DNA of 64,000 nt from positions 65,475,634-65,539,633 of the forward strand of contig NC_057719.1 of the NCBI RefSeq assembly GCF_004010195.1, in the 5' to 3' direction. Source of the stretch: Chiloscyllium plagiosum. Lineage: Eukaryota. The position numbers were made by a program, and so were the translations under genes. The notes below the pieces were generated by a model that did not search any database, had not been told where the DNA came from, and worked only from the letters and a program-made list of their open reading frames with translations. Shown here one piece after another: positions 1 to 12,490 of the stretch. Numbering within the stretch: position 1 is the first letter of the stretch; every line of letters starts with the position of its first letter.

Positions 1-819
1 ATTAGATTGAAGTTGAGCATTAAAGGAATCTGCAATTATATAGTAATACAAAAGAACAGCTCCCAGAGGAAATCTTGCATTTGTTGAGAGATTATTTTTG
101 TCATAAAAGTATGCTGTTGCTTTGTCTGTAACTTAGGTGGAACAGAAAGATTTCTCAATGTTACTGAGCTGTTTTACATAGCATACTTTGCATGCGTCAT
201 AAACTTGCAGATTTGAATTCAATTCTGACTTTACTTACAGGAACAAGATGAAGTAAAAGAAGGTCTATTGAAGTTTCTTGCCAAAGGATTACAATTAGGA
301 ATTCTTTTGTCTATTTTTACATACAAAAGACAACATTTCAGTGGCAAGCTTAATTTGGAAATTATTTTGATGTCTTTTAGCCAAACATTTCCCAATCATT
401 GCCTTGGGTGGAGCATAAATCTTCATATTAATTCAATAAAAATGTGAATTATGTCCAGATTTTCTCAGTTTCCACTCAAATTTGCACCACCGGGAAATGT
501 TTCCCTCAACTTGACAATTTCTCATGGTCACCAAGGCAGGAAAGTCAATGTTGTAGGAATTAATCTCTTATAGCAGCCATTATGAAGCCCCTTCTGATGT
601 CTGCTACTCATTCTCGATCCTAGAAATAGGATCATTAGGTATACTAGTACTGCAGTTGTCTATCCCAAAGCTGACATCCCTGTGCTCTTTGTGAGACTGC
701 TAACTTGATACCAATTAGAGCTCGATTATGGTAATATGGCTCATGTCAAAAAGGATGAGAGCTGTTATAACATTTATTGTTCTTCAGAGATTACATTGAG
801 AAATAATGTTTTGAAATTA

Positions 820-1035
820 AAGCCAGAAAGTGATGGAGAAACTCAGCAAGTCAGGCAGCATCTATGGAAAGTGAAACAGAGTTAACATTTTGAGCCATAC
901 CAGAATTGAAACTTTAAGTCTGCTTCTTTCTCCACAGTTGCACCTAGACCGGCTGAGCTTTGCTAGACCTTTGGTGGAGAAGCTCAGAAGGTCTGGCAGC
1001 ATCTGTGACAGCAGTCGATGTTTCAGGTCCAAAAC
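820..1035. mobile_element. Degraded fold-back Penelope-like terminal element(s)
   Basis: 'ggagaaactcagcaagtcaggcagcatctatggaaagtgaaacagagttaacatttt' followed by an inverted counterpart 'tctttctccacagttgc...gctgagcttt'; same motif as copies at 24040 and 41040. Confidence 0.55.
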
Positions 1036-1059
1036 AATTGCCCTTGCTTATTAAGCCTC

Positions 1060-1865
1060 TGGCTATAGCTCAAACCCTCCAATCACAGCATCATCCTTGT
1101 TAATCGTTTCTGAACCCTTTCAAGTTTCTTATATCTTTCTTATAACAGGGAGGCCAGAACTGAACTCGGTATTCTAAAATGTCTTGTACAGCTGCAACAT
1201 GACCTCCCAAATCCTATAGTAAATGTACTGACCAATAAAGGCAAGCACCTTGTCTACCTGTGGCTCCACGTTCAAAGAACTATGCACCTCCAGCCCTAGG
1301 TCCCTTTGTTTGGCAACACTTCCCAGAACCCTACCATTAACTGCATAAATCCTGCCTGATTTACCTTACCAAAATGCATCACATCACTTTTACCTAAATT
1401 AACTCCATCTACCACTCCTTGCCCCATTGGCCATCTGATCAAGGTCCAGTTGTACTCTGACATAATCTTTTTCACTCTCCACTGCACCACCAATTTTGGT
1501 TTCATCTGCAAACTTACCTCCTATGTTCACATCCAAATCGTTTATATAAATGATGAAAAGTAATGGACCCAGCACAGACCCTTGAGGCCCATGACTGGTC
1601 ACAGGCGTCCAGTCCAAATGGTAACCCTCCACAACCACCCTCCGTCTCCTGCCTTCAAGTCAATTTTGCATCCAACTGGCGAGCTCCCCCTGATTCCATG
1701 TGATCTAACTTTGGTAACTAGTGTACCATCTGGAACTTTGTCAAATGCCTTGCTGAAGTCCATGTAGACAATGTCTATCACTCTGTCTACATCAATCTTC
1801 TTTGTCACCTCTTCAAAAAACTCAATTAGGTCAGGATGACATAATTTCCCATGCACAAACTCATG
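1060..1865 (-). mobile_element. CR1-clade LINE fragment, RT region, frameshifted
   Basis: ORFs 1599..1856 (YMDFSKAFDKVP) and 1399..1638 (PQGSVLGPLLFIIYINDLD...KFADETK) are non-LTR RT motifs. Confidence 0.93.
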
Positions 1866-1974
1866 TTTGATCCTTATAGTTTAATTGATTGCTCAGTAAG
1901 TCCGATACCAGCAAAAATGTCTGGGGATTAGTCAGGTGATTTCACCGATATAAGCATTCACCATAGGTTCACTA

Positions 1975-2952
1975 CTTTTCGTCATTTATAGTAATGATTT
2001 GGATATAAGCATAAGAGGTATAGTTAGTAAGTTTGCAGATGTCACCAAATTGGAGGTAAAGTGGACAGCGAAGAACATTACCTCAGATGACAACAAAACT
2101 TGATCAGATGAGCCAATGGGCTGAGGTGTGGTAGATGGAGTTTAATTTAAATAAATGCGAGGTGCTGCATTTTGGGAAAGCAAATCTTAGTAGGACTTAT
2201 ACATTTAATGGTAAGGTCTTAGGGTGTTCTGCTGAACAAAGAGACCTTGGGGTGTAGGTTCATAGCTCCTTGAAAGTAGAGTCATAGGTGGATAGGATAG
2301 TGAAGAAAAAAATTGGTATGCTTACTTTATTGGTCTGAGTATTGAGTACAGGAGTTGGGAGGTCATATTGCGGGCTGTACAGAACATTGGTTAGGCCACT
2401 TATGAAATATTCTGCGCAATTCTGGTCTCCTTCCTATCAGAAAGATGTTATGAAACTTGAAAGGGTTCAGAAAAGATTTACAAGGATATTGCAGCGTTAG
2501 AAGATTTGTGCTACAGGGAGAGGTTGAATAGGCTAGGGCGGTTTTCCCTGGAGCGTTGGAGGCTGAGAGGTGACCTTATAGAGATTTATAAAATCATGAA
2601 GGGCATGGATAGGATAAATAGACATGGTCTTTTCCCTGGGAGGGGGAGGGGGGTTTCAGAACTAGAGGGCATAAGTTTAAGGGTGAGAGGGGAAAGATAT
2701 AGAAGAGACCTAAGGGGCAACTTTCTCACGCAGAGGGTAGTTGCATGGAATGAGCTGCCAGAGGAAGTGGTGGAGGCTGGTACAATTGCAATATTTAAAA
2801 GGCATTTTGATGGGTATATGAATAGGAAGGGTTTGGGGGGATATGGGACAGGTGCTGGCAAGTGGGACTAGATTAGGTTGTGGTATCTGGTCGGCATGGG
2901 CGAGTTGGACCAAAGGATCTATTTTCATGGTGTACATCTCTATGACTCTATA
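1975..2952 (+). mobile_element. CR1-clade LINE 3' fragment with 3' terminus (HER1-like)
   Basis: ORF 2506..2871 (ERLNRLG..FSLE...LRGDLIE.YKIM...WNELPEEVV) and terminal 'tctctatgactctata'. Confidence 0.93.
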
Positions 2953-3489
2953 ACCTTTTGCCAGAAATCTGGTCAAGGGATAAGCGATCTTGCTTCATGG
3001 TAACTAAGTCAACAAGATTAAAGCGACATTGAGCGGGAAAAGATAATTCAGCTGACAAAGCTATTCTTTCCATAGATCATAAACTCATGTTGCAGAAACT
3101 AGTAAAAGAAAGCCAGCCAAGTTTGTCTTAAACATGATTTCATTTCTTTTCAGTGGTACTCTGCCAGATTGGAATCTGGAAACTTTAGGTAGTCTTTCTG
3201 GAATGAGGCAGAAAACCAGAGGGCTTATGGAGGCTCAAGAATTCTATTTGTTTCCTTCTTTCCTTGGAACACACTTATTTCCTGAAATCTGGTAGCATGA
3301 AGCATGAGATTCCCGTTATTTGGAATATAGGTTCCATTTGAAATTAGTATCTGCCAGACTAAATCTTTCAGCAGATAACATCCAGCAGAAGAATTCATTG
3401 CAATTTTTAACCAAATCCATCCTTTTTAATTCAGTGGTAAGTACTTGGAGAAAAATTCTGAAGTGCAATGTTGAAAATTGTGTATGATG

Positions 3490-4278
3490 TGGAGGTGCTG
3501 GTTTTGGACTGGAGTGGGCAAAGCCAGAAGTCACATAACACCAGGTTATAGTCCAATAGGTTTATTTGAAATCACAAGCTTTCGGAGCAAACCCCCTTAG
3601 TCAGGTGAAGTGAGAGTGAAGATCATACAAACTGTGTGAGTGGACTGTTGAATAATCAAAAGTGTCAGATGGTGTGAGTAAAGTGTCAACAGCTAAATAA
3701 CATATGAAGGGATGACATGTAATCTGATTAAATGAAGCAGAGAGATAATTATAAAAGAATTGTAAAACGTCTTGGTTTCATATTATGCTACATGTGACCC
3801 CACCACATTGTTCTGTGTCTATAAAATCTTGCTTACTGTCCTGTTTTTACACCATCACCTTGATGAATTGTTATGATCTCTCTACCTTAATTAGTTTGTA
3901 CAGTTTGGGATTACTTATTACTTTGGTGAGACCCTCAGCATGCAACTGTTATACCTATCATGTTATTCCAGTCATTCGGTTTTTAAATTTTTTAAATTTT
4001 TAAATCTCTGTCTCAATTAGTCAAATTATAGGTAATTTGTTCTCTTGTTATTTAGCTGTTGACACTTTACTTGCACCATCTTTTGATCACCTGCAGAGCC
4101 TTATTATTTGACAGTCCACTCACACAGATTGAATGATCTTTTGATCTCTCTGGCCTTGATCTCCCTGCCTATAAATTCTGTGTCTGTGTGCTTTACTCTC
4201 ACTTCACCCGACTAAAGGGCTGTGCTCTGAAAGCTTGTGATTTCAAATAAGGCTGTTGGACTATAACCTGGTGTCTTG
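3490..4278. mobile_element. Penelope-like element end with inverted pseudo-LTR arms, each carrying a hammerhead motif
   Basis: 'acaccaggttatagtccaataggtttatttgaaatcacaagctttcggagc' (~3538-3590) is inverted at ~4220-4275; 3630-3705 is inverted at ~4045-4125; hammerhead cores at 3572-3608(-) and 4204-4240(+). Confidence 0.8.
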
Positions 4279-4659
4279 CAAAATTATATAATTTTATAAC
4301 TATTTGCCTGGGATTAGATGGGTGTTTCTTACTATATGGTAAGCATTTCCGAGAATTATGTCTTTTTTTCTGTCTGAATATTAATGTAATCTGGTCCATA
4401 AATCATTAGTTCCTAAAAATCTCTTTCCTTATGGGTTAGACTATCAGATGTAGGAGCAAAAGCAGGCCATTCAGCCCATCAAGCCTGCTCTGCTATTCAA
4501 TGAGATTGCTGTGATCTGATCATCCTTAACTTCATTTGCATGCCTTATTATGATAACCCTTGATTCCCTTACTGACTAAAAATCTATCTCAGTCTTGAAT
4601 ATACTTAACAGACAAGTATTTTGAGCATCTCTTATAGCCCATTTGGAGTGACCCAATAG

Positions 4660-5012
4660 AAGTTTATAAAATCATAAGGGAGATAGATAAGATGAATACT
4701 AAAAGTCTTTCCCGTAGGGTAGGAGAGTTCAAAACTAGAGGGCATATTTTACGGTGAAAGAAGAAAGATTCAAAAGGGACCTTAAGGGCAACATTTTCAC
4801 ACAGAGGGTGATTCTTGTGTGAAATGAACTTCAAGAGGAAGTGATGGATGCAGGTACACTTACAGTGTTGAAAAGTCATTTCGATACGTACATGAATAAG
4901 AAATGTTTGGAGGGATATGGGCCAAGTGCAGGCAGGTGAGACTAGTTTGGTTAAGGATTATGGTCAGCATGGACTGGTTGGACCAAAGAGTGTATGATTA
5001 TGTGTCTCTATG
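4660..5012 (+). mobile_element. CR1 LINE 3' end fragment
   Basis: Similar to 2585-2950 ('tttataaaatcat...aaggcaacattttcacacagagggtg...ttggaccaaa'). Confidence 0.88.
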
Positions 5013-5319
5013 ATTTGATGATCAAACCCCAATTGTCCTCAGCGTGAAAGAAATCTGAAGTTTCAATACACTACGAGAAGATATTCATCTTCCTCTCCGT
5101 CTTAAACCATTTATTCTGACGGGTGTTTTATATAGTTTTTGCAAAAGGTTTTCACTCTTATACTCCATTCCTTTTGCAATGAAGGCCATAGACCATATGT
5201 ATCCCCTATTACTGGCTGAACTTTGTTGCTAGCTTTTTGTTATTCATGTACGTGGACCATCAAATCCCTAAATGCTGCTGCTTCTGGTAGTCTTTTCCCA
5301 TTAAATGATATTAGCTCTG

Positions 5320-6758
5320 GAGACTGGTTAGCAATGTTAGATCTCATGGAATACAGGGAGAACTAGCCATTTGGAAACAAAACCGGCTCAAAGGTAGAGG
5401 ACAGAGGGTGGTGGTGGAGGGTTGTTTTTCACTCTGGAGGCTTGTAACCAGTAGAGTGCCACAAGGATCGGTGCTGGGTCCACTAAGTTTTGTCATTTAT
5501 ATAAATGATTTGGATGTGAACATAAGAGGTACAGTTAGTACGTTTGACACCAAAATTGGAGGTGTAGTGGACAGCGAAGAAGGTTACCACAGATTATAAC
5601 GAGATCTTGATCAGATGGGCCATCAGATGAGTGGCAGATGGAATTTAATTTAGGTAAATGCGAGGTGCTGCATTTTGGGAAAGCAAATCTTATCAGGACT
5701 TATACATTTAATGGTAAGGTCTTAGGGAGTGTTACTGAACTAAGAGACCTTGGAGTGCAGGCTCGTAGCTCCTTGAAAGTAGAGTCACGGGTAAATAAGG
5801 TAGTGAAGAAGGCGTTTGGTATGCTTTCCTTCATTGGTCAGAGTATTGAGTACAGGATTTTGGAGGTCATGTTGCGGCTGTACAGGACATTGGTTAGGCC
5901 ACTTTTGGAATATTGCATGCAGTCCTGGTCTCTTTCCTATTGAAAGATGTTCTGAGACTTGAAAGGGTTCAGAAAAGATTTACAAGGATGTGCCAGGGTT
6001 GGTGAATTTGAGCTATAGGGAGAGGCTGAACAGGCTGGGGATATTTTCCCTTGAGGGTCAGAAGCTGAGAGGTGACCTTATAGAGGTTTGTAAAATCATG
6101 AGGGATGTGGATAGAGTAAATAGACAAAATCTTTTCCCTGGGATGGGAGAGTCCAGAACTAGAGGGCACAGATTAGATTCCCGACAGTATGGAAACAGCC
6201 CTTCGGCCCAACAAGTCCACACTGACCCTTCGAAGAGTAACTCACCCAGACCCATTCCTCACATTTAACCCTGACTAATGCACCTAACACCATGGACAAT
6301 TTAGTATGGCCAATTCACCTGACCCGCGCATCTTTGGATTGTGGGAGGAATCCCACACAGACACGAGGAGAACGTGCAAACTCCACACGGACAGTCCCCC
6401 GAGGCTGGAATCGTACCCGGGTCCCTGGCACTGTGAGGCAGCAGTGCTAACCACTGAGTCACCATGCCGCCTCACGGCTTAGGGAGAGAGGAGAAAGATA
6501 TAAAAGAGACCTAAGGGGCAACTTTTTCACGCAGAAGGTGGTACGTGTATGGAATGGACTGCCAGAGGATGAGGTGAGGCTAGTACAATTGCAAAATTTA
6601 AGACGCATTTGGATGGGTATATGAATAGCAAGAGTTTGGAGGGATATGGGTCAGGTTCTGGCAGGTGGGACTAGATTGGGTTGGGATATCTGGTTGGCAT
6701 GGATGAGTTGGACCGAAGGGTCTGTTTCTGTGCTGTACATCTCTATAACTCTATGACT
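5320..6758 (+). mobile_element. CR1 LINE 3' fragment (RT to 3' end) interrupted by an HE1-like SINE
   Basis: ORFs 5408, 5638 and 5990 carry RT and C-terminal CR1 motifs; ends 'ctctataactctatga'. Confidence 0.93.
6171..6470 (-). mobile_element. HE1-like tRNA-derived SINE
   Basis: Minus-strand head ggcggcatggt..cagtggttagcactgctgcctcacag with A/B-box-like motifs, and a CR1-like tail gggccgaagggctgtttcc. Confidence 0.9.
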
Positions 6759-7131
6759 ATTCTTGCTGCCAAAGTGCATAACCTCACATTTCCCCACATT
6801 ATATTCTATCTGCTAAGATTTTGCCCAATCAATTAATCCGTCTACATCGCCATGTTCAATCCTTTTGCTGAATCTTGTATTTTTGATCCAGTACAAGCTG
6901 AATTGAGTTTTTTGGAGGCTTTGCCACCACAAGGCCGAGCAAGTTGTCTGAGTAAGTCTGCTTCATTAATCATCAGTCATAGTCAATAATATTTCTTATG
7001 TGCATTGTCTGCCCCATCTCACTGAGTGCCATTTCCAGATCAACTTGCCACTCAGCAGATATCACACTATTCACTGAGATCCATTCCACCCAGACCCTCT
7101 TTAAAAACCTGTTGTACATCAGGACAATAGA

Positions 7132-7352
7132 GGGTGAGTTCATTCAGTGGCTAGACGGCTAGTTGCAATGCAGCATGACACCAAGGACGTGGGTTCAATT
7201 CCTGCACTGGCTGAGGATACCATGAAGAAGTCTCCTTCTCAACCTCTTCCCCTCGCCTGACATAGGTGACTCTCAGGTTAAGCCATCGTCAGTTGGCTTC
7301 CTTTAACGAGAGAGCAGCCCTATGGTCTGGTAAGACTAAGGCGACTTGACCT
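7132..7352 (+). mobile_element. tRNA-derived SINE, second family
   Basis: B-box-like 'gggttcaattcc' and tail 'gagagcagccctatggtctggtaagacta'; related copies at 58268-58480(+) and 63350-63680(-). Confidence 0.7.
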
Positions 7353-7419
7353 TACCTAGACGAGCACTGTCAGGCTGGGGCTGCTTGGCACGGTTCCTGT
7401 TCTATGCTGCTGGCATAGC

Positions 7420-8180
7420 AGAGAAAGGCAAGTGGCACCTTGTGTTGCAGTCAGAGACTGGGAAGTCATGGCGGGCATGGCGTTCTTCCTCCAGGATCAG
7501 CAGAGGAAGCCACGATACCAGACCTTGTCATCCAGGTCAGTGCAATTCTTAGCATCTAGAGGCATGACCAACATTGTATGAAGAAGCTCAATGACCTTCT
7601 CCACTGCACCAGCGCAAGTGCCTTTATCTTTTGTCCGATCCCTCGCATACACTCTATCCCTGCTCCTATACCCACCTTAAACTGAGGCTCATGCTCCACT
7701 GTTATCGTTATTGTTGCAACATCTTCCTTCACTCCCTATCACTCACCCTGACCTCTGACATCATGAGTGCCACATGATCTCTTCACTGCCCACTCACTTC
7801 ATCGGTCCACCTCCTGCCCTGCACAGATACTAATACAGTTGTTTCTGCTATAATCTGGTAGTTCTGTTTTCATGCAATGCTGTGTTAGAAGAAAATCACA
7901 TAATAACGTCATTATTTAAACTAATGGGGCTGGAATCATGTTATAACCAATACACACTTTAAAAGCTTGTGATTTACAAAGTATCCCCAATTCGTCAATC
8001 GTGTATAGTGAATTTGTATTAACGGAATGCTCATTATATCTGAACAATCTGTAGCTGAAACAGCCACTCCTTTCATCTCCTGTGATACCTGCTCCCTCTC
8101 GTTCTCATTTCATAAGGACAATCGCCTACAATAAAGCAGAGTCAAGTGGTGGGTTGCCCAACATTCGACTCCTTATATGG
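7420..8180 (+). pseudogene. Relic of a two-exon Myb/SANT-like gene, PIF/Harbinger-type transposon
   Basis: Decayed frames 'FFLQDQQRKPRYQT..VSAILSI...KKLNDLLHCT' (~7480-7610) and, after a pyrimidine-rich acceptor, 'TIAYNKAESSGGLPNIRLL' (~8118-8175); parallels the copy at 25000-25530. Confidence 0.6.
7836..8051. mobile_element. Tc1/mariner (pogo/Tigger-like) MITE
   Basis: TA|cagttgtttctgctataat ... attatatctgaacaatctg|TA: imperfect terminal inverted repeats with a TA duplication. Confidence 0.7.
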
Positions 8181-8455
8181 GCAGGATCCTGTCTCTGACC
8201 ACTCTGAGCAGAGGCTGACTCGATTTGAAGACTGTCCTTGACATCCTGTGCCAGAACCCCTGAGTGAAACTTGTCCCCATATCTGAGGCCTGCAGCAATA
8301 TGAGTCTGCTATCTCTGGCTGAGACAGTTAAGTGCAAAAGGCCAAGATAATGCAAGGCAAGGTGCTGTGAAGATCCACGTAGGCTTGAAGTCAGTGAGTG
8401 CTATGTCAATAAGTGAAGAATCCAGAGATGCAGCCTGGTTCAGTCCATGAACTGG

Positions 8456-8588
8456 GTGTGTGTCCCAGAGCGCACAGTGTCCTTGCTGCAGCGTTACGAT
8501 GAGAGTTGCTGCTGCAGCATTGAAGTATAGAAGCATCCTTTACGTTGATCAGAGATGGGTCCCAAAGATTCTTCATGGTTAGCACATG
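8456..8588. repeat. ~133-bp direct repeat, copy 1
   Basis: Near-identical to 9793-9923. Confidence 0.9.
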
Positions 8589-9559
8589 TAAAATTCTAAA
8601 GTCGGTGGGTGCGAGGTGCTTGTGGCTGGTGCTCATGGAGTGTGCCCCGAGGTATTAGCACCTGGTTTCCAACATGGAGCTTGCTTGAAGTGAACCATGA
8701 GCAGAATCCACCAGGTGCTGGCTCTGGTTTCCTTGAAGAGTTTCCCATCACAAGTTTGTTTGGTGAAACTGGTTAGGACGGAGACTGGAATACCACATGA
8801 TAAGGTGAACTGGGTTGTTAACAAAGTCATCTTAACAAGCAATAATGACCATCATTTGACAGCTCACTGCTGGATCGTTAGGCTTGTGAAAAGCATAAAA
8901 GGTAAAGTGAGATGACCTCCGTATCAAGATGGGTCTCACCACACATACGCCTGATTCAGCCTCACATCCTGCACTGGCTCCAATCCCATAGCTCACATTG
9001 TTCATACCCTGATCAGATTCCAACCATTATAGTTGCCTCACCACTTGCCTTCCCATGTAACCAAGTATACAGACTCAGCCCATCACACAGATCTGATTAG
9101 TGTGTGTCATGTTGTTTTCTATGTGATGATTTGGGCATTTCATGGCATGCAGCCAATAAGCAGGTGGGGGGGGGGGGGGGGTGCCCATTTTTTATTTGTG
9201 AACCTAGCCAATGAATATTTGGAAGGTAAACAACCTGTTCAACATCGGCACTTTTTAATAGAAATCAGGGATAAGAAGTCTGGGGATGCTTTTCCTTCCC
9301 TAGTCCGTGGGCTCAGAAGTATATTATACATCATCAACCTCTACATGGGCAGGAACTTAAATCCTACTTAAAGGTTCAATCTACAGCCTTTGCTCTGTCC
9401 TTATCAGTGGGCAGCCAACAGGCCAAAAGGAAGCCTGCCCTAAAGTGGTAGACTGTACATCCTACACCACTCAGTGGGAGTAAGACCCACCTCTGGACTT
9501 GCCCACCAATCAGATTGGCTGTCAACTCCAGCCATCCCTGCTCAAGAGTTCCAAGGTAG

Positions 9560-9670
9560 ACCCTCCAGAAGAAGGGTCGGCCTCTCCCCCCCCCAATGCT
9601 GCCTGGCTTGCTGTGTTCTTCCAGCCTCTTGCTTGTCTACCTTGAATTCCAGCATCTGCAGATTTTTTTG
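9560..9670 (+). mobile_element. Degraded Penelope-like terminal fragment
   Basis: 'gaagaagggtc...atgctgcctggcttgctgtgttcttccagcctc' matches 53470-53572. Confidence 0.6.
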
Positions 9671-9792
9671 TCTCCAACCAAGTGCTCAGTAGTGGGCATT
9701 GCCAGAACTGCAACCAGTCTGAAAAAAGAAATCCCAGTGTACCCCACAGTGAGGTAAGTGGGGGGTAATGGATAGGGCAATTTGACCAATGA

Positions 9793-9923
9793 GTGTGTGT
9801 CCCAGAGCCCAAAGTGTCCTTGCTGTAGTATTACGATGAGAGTTGCTGCTGCAGCATGAAGTATAGAAGCATCCTTTACGTTGATCAGAGATGGGTCCCG
9901 AAGATTCTTCATGGTTGGCACAT
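9793..9923. repeat. ~131-bp direct repeat, copy 2
   Basis: Near-identical to 8456-8588. Confidence 0.9.
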
Positions 9924-11829
9924 GACTCCAGGGAATGTCTCGATTTGTGTTTTGGAGGGCAAGTGGAGAGATGGGGGTACTATCCTTATGAAGAGGGATG
10001 GACGGGTGTTTTATATATAATGTAGAAAGTTAGTATCCACCTTTCCTTCCCATACTTTGAAAAACATTTTTTTAAAGAAATAGTCTACCTCCGCCATCCA
10101 CATGATGGCACGGGCAGTATATTCTCAGGGGCCAGCTGTTTGGTAACAAGTTCATTTTACCCTTATATGTGATCTAACTATGATAGTTAGATTGCTGATT
10201 TTTGGCACCTACCCATTGAGTATGTTATGAAGGTGAGGCTTGGGGTGGGTGGCAAGATGATGCATTGAACAGTCATCCTACTTTATATGCTGATCTGCTG
10301 AAACCCGAGCCAGTAGAGGTATGTAAAACCCAACTTGTGACAAACAGATATTCCAAGGAAAAACAAATTAGTTTTTGTTGAAAATAGGAATCTGGATCCT
10401 GTTTTTTCTTTTAAAAAAGGATCCATTAAGTTTGGAAAATAGAGGGAATTGATTTTCTTTCTCAAATAGTGGGTTGTTTTATCTAATATGCCATTGATTG
10501 TTTTGGATCCTGGTTTCTGGCTGGTTTCTGCTGCTGCTGCTGTGGATTTGTCAAAGCCAATGAAACGTGAGCAGAATTTTAAATACAAGTTGTTGGATGT
10601 GGATTTATCTATAGCCTCATGAGTGACGTTCTTTTTCTGAGCTTTGTAGATACAGAGTATCAATTAGGTGGGGAATTATTGATTTAACACAGTGTGGCAA
10701 ACATATGTCACCGACTGAGTGCCCTCTTCACTTATTTCAAGAGTATTCACCATCAAGGGAAAGTAAAGTTACAATTACAATGTAAATATAAAACCACAAT
10801 TCAACTCAGGTCTAGAATTGTCCAAAGGTTAAGGAGGCCTGTAGAAAATATTTCCATTTAGTTATAAATGCCATGTAGTGAATTAACTTGAAATTTGGAA
10901 GGTAATGAGCCAAGCATACATATGGGCTATACTTATAATTTCTTCTACCTTAAAACTGCACAAGCATTTCCAGGTGGATAGTTTAGTGCAGGGAAAAAAA
11001 CCCTTCAGGATAATTTCTTTTGCCAGTGTCGTGTGACTTGGAGCTTCATAAAGCAGGGGTATCTGTCAAGAATTCAGGATGTGCAATGTTCCTGTCCTCA
11101 ATGATCTACCAAACTTTTAATGCGTGCAAAACCAGGTGGAACATATGCTCAGGTTCCCAGTATGTATTCCTGGTGCACTTTGAAAAGCCAGGGTAGACAA
11201 CTCACCAACATACCTTTACTTAAGGGACTAAGCTTAACATGTGACCCTTACTAAACACCTTTGCTTAATTCTGGTAAAGTCTTTGGAAAATGCGATCAAA
11301 AAGTTTCCTTCACAGATGTCTTCCACTTTTCAATATCCAGTTCTTGTAAAAATGCTATGCATCCATTTTTCTGATTCATTTTTATCCTTCAGAGTTGTGC
11401 AAATATAAGCTTGTTTTCATCTATTACATCATAAAGTATGTACAAATTTTTTTTTTATTTTATATGTGCTTGTGTAACACATAATTGCTGACTATTTCTA
11501 AGTTCACTGAATTAGAAAACAATAATTTAGGTTTTAATGTTTGGTCCAGTAATGAAACTATAATTATCAAAGGATTAAATCTGTCCAACAATGCTATTTT
11601 TAGCATGATTATTACAGAGGAAATACTGACATGATATGGGAATGCCATAATTAAAAATTGGATAAATAAACATGAGTTTGGAAACAGATTTAAAGTAGCC
11701 ATTAAAAAATAGCTGATAATTCTGATATCTGCTGAGTGAATAAACAACAACACAGGCAGAACTTTCATTTGGCTAGTACCTTCAATGACTTTAGAAAGCC
11801 TCACCACATTTAACAGCCAATGAAATGCA

Positions 11830-12490
11830 ATGGGGGCAAATGTAACCAGCAATTTGGTCACAGTTGACTCAAGCAGCAATGAAAGGTATAACCCAATAAC
11901 CTGTTTACCAAAGGCAGAATCCCTTGATCTTCGTAGAACAGTGCCATAGAATCCTTTATATCTGCAGTTGTATGCTTTGGCCTAACTGTGTTATACAATA
12001 ATGAAACACAATCTACATTATTGTAGTAAATGATACAACGTAATGTCACATAATCCTGCAGCCTTGTGGTAAAATGAAGCCAATATAAATTATTCCTAAA
12101 ATAAAGTAACTATTTTCCTTAGCTCAGCAGACTCGAAATATTCTCTAGCAATGTAAAATGAAAACTACTATAATATCAACTTCAGAGGACTTGAGAGATT
12201 TAATATATCTCATTCATAAACATAGCCCTTCTGACAGTGTAGTAGTTTCTTACTGTTACACTGATATGTCAACCTCAATTATATTCTCAGCTCTGGGCCA
12301 CAGTTACCATCTTATACCTGTGTGCATTTCTACAAGGCAGTTTTCCACATTGTCTTCATAGAGATTAAGCTTCACATCCTGGAGACTCCCAGGCCAATCC
12401 TACAGGATTGACAACCCTAATTGGGGAGCATGAACCTATGATATTCTGAGTCAAGACACAAGAGTGCTCCCAATGAATCATTGCTGACAC
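11830..12490 (-). mobile_element. Fragmented old Deu-domain-like SINE relic
   Basis: 'cccttgatcttcgtagaacagtgccatagaatcctttatatc', 'tctgacagtgtagtag' and a tRNA-like head 'tgaacctatgatattctgagtc'; similar to 19620-20000. Confidence 0.4.

Larger units (their letters stand above)
4448..6840 (-). mobile_element. Older CR1 element (second family) split by nested insertions; pieces ~4448-4610, ~5020-5315, ~6760-6840
   Basis: 3' end 'gtaggagcaaaagcaggccattcagcccatc' resembles 38205-38260; the last piece encodes, on the minus strand, 'YNVGKCEVMHFG'. Confidence 0.65.

Noticed and set aside
241..345. Plus-strand exon after 'ttacttacag' (EQDEVKEGLLKF...)
   Set aside because: No good GT donor; the same bases fit better as a minus-strand donor
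10283..10663. 126-aa ORF
   Set aside because: No recognisable domain or convincing splice context; compatible with chance
11460..11879. 139-aa hydrophobic ORF
   Set aside because: Composition explained by AT-rich DNA; non-ATG start; partly overlaps a SINE relic
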